A stretch of DNA of 64,000 bases from the human T2T-CHM13v2.0 reference genome, Homo sapiens: the NCBI RefSeq assembly GCF_009914755.1, contig NC_060938.1; one strand, given 5' to 3'. Of this stretch, positions 61,458 through 64,000 are shown piece after piece; positions within the stretch are counted from its first letter, which is position 1; every line of letters starts with the position of its first letter. The notes beneath the pieces were generated by a model. That model made no database searches. It had not been told where the DNA came from and saw only the letters and a program-made list of their open reading frames with translations. A program made the position numbers and the translations under genes.

Positions 61458-62542
61458 TCTCCTAGGAGGGAAATCAGGCGGACAATTGGAAAAGAAATAG
61501 GAGAGGAAAATTCGCTCCTCATTGCTCACTTTTTGGCATAACTTGAATTTTGTACCTTGTACCTGTATTACCTATTCAAAATATGAGTAATATTCAAAAT
61601 AATAAAACTTAAAATATCTGATGTAGAACTAGTTGTGGGGGTAGGAAGAGTTTTAAGGGACTCAGTCCATTCACCTCGCAGATACTGTCAACCTTCTTGA
61701 AGAACACGGAAGGAGAGGAAATCAATATACCTGTTTCCTACATAGGCAAATTGAGACCGTTGGAAGCAAAACTGTCCCGGGACCCATCTTGGATGAGAGA
61801 TTGTTTCCATCTTAAAATTGTAGGGTTGGAAAGGGGGAGAAAACGAAGACTGCCATAAAACACTTGGGTCCAAGTCTTCGTTTTTCCTCCTACCCTCTCG
61901 ACATCTCAGTTTTCTCATCTGCAAGATGGCGATGATAACATCGCCAGGGTTGTTGCGGGAATGAAATAACAGTTATCCTCTTGATTTTCACTGTGTCCAC
62001 GTTCCCATTCCCTACACAATGCCCTCCAAAATATCCTTAATAAATAGTAAATTATCCACTTCTGTGGACGAGGAAATCACAGCGCCACAAAACAGCCCAT
62101 CTCACTATTGAATAACTCAAACTGTTAGAAAATTCTCTCTTCAGTTGAACCCAAATCCACTTCCCTGTATGTAATTACTGTTCATGGAATCTAATTCTCC
62201 CCTCTAAAGCCAGGGGCCCCCCAACTTGGAAACAACAAGCTTCCTATTACCCTTCCACTCCTCGCCCACGCTACTATTCTCATCTCCAGGCTGAACATCC
62301 CAGGGGCTTTCAGCTGCTCCTCATGTGCCTTGTGACCCCAAGGCAGCCTGTTCATCTCCTCTGGCAGTTTCTGTCTCTTGATTCATACTGAATTTGCACC
62401 AACAAAAGCAACCTGTAATGCACAGGCTACGTAACAGCATCTCCTCCACCCTGTACTTGGACTGCAAATTATTTTTAAGCAAGCACAAGGTTTTACATAT
62501 GTCCATATTACATTTTTATCCACTGTTTAAGATCTTTCTCTC

Positions 62543-62870
<328 letters not shown>

Positions 62871-62961
62871 CTAAATATCACTCTCAGCTTTGACAAATAC
62901 AGAGCTGCTGAATGTGACTTCTTTGACTTTATCACAGTTATCAATAAAAATGCTACTGGGA

Positions 62962-63656
<695 letters not shown>

Positions 63657-64000
63657 TCTTTGTTAGAAAGTTCTTTCTTGAGCTGAACCCAAATCTGCTT
63701 CCCTGTATGGAACTAATGTCCATGGCTTCTAATTCTCCGCTCTGCAGGGACAGATTCCTCCCTCTTCTGCATAACGAGCTTCCTATCCATTAAAACGGTT
63801 CCCCGTGTCCACAAAGACTTCGTGAGACACTTTGTCAAGTGTTCTGCTAACATCAAAACACGTTACCTATAGCATTTCCTGATCTAGCAAATCTATTTTA
63901 AAAAGGAAAAATGTTCCTTTGGCATGAACTGCTAAATGACCCTTGCTGTCTTCCAGAGATCATCGCTTCCTCTTCAAAGTGTTTTTGCTGGGCCAGGCAC

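Overview
Primate (apparently human) genomic DNA carrying the 5' part of the fibulin-5 gene FBLN5 on the minus strand. It contains a CpG-rich promoter (~58.7-59.4 kb) and coding exons 1-6 (17, 55, 52, 255, 123, 117 nt, all with GT-AG junctions). These encode the signal peptide, the RGD-containing cbEGF1 with its Pro/Tyr insert, and two further cbEGF modules. Intron 4 is ~41.9 kb, and the gene continues beyond the left edge. The rest is intronic or upstream sequence rich in Alu, L1, L2, L3/CR1, MIR, MaLR LTR and DNA-transposon remnants; nearly all ORF-track entries are incidental. I see no clearly new multi-gene system. Features that ordinary annotation does not explain: a ~200-bp non-Alu inverted duplication (43043-43244 / 44416-44620) inserted into an old L1; a MER85 with an intact PGBD3-binding palindrome; a perfect CArG box next to a perfect CRE in intron 4; a candidate in-frame alternative first exon; a TAATG-coupled uORF pair and an open GTG-initiated N-terminal extension in the leader; and several templated-insertion-like scars. 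Repeat subfamilies and boundaries were called by eye and are approximate.
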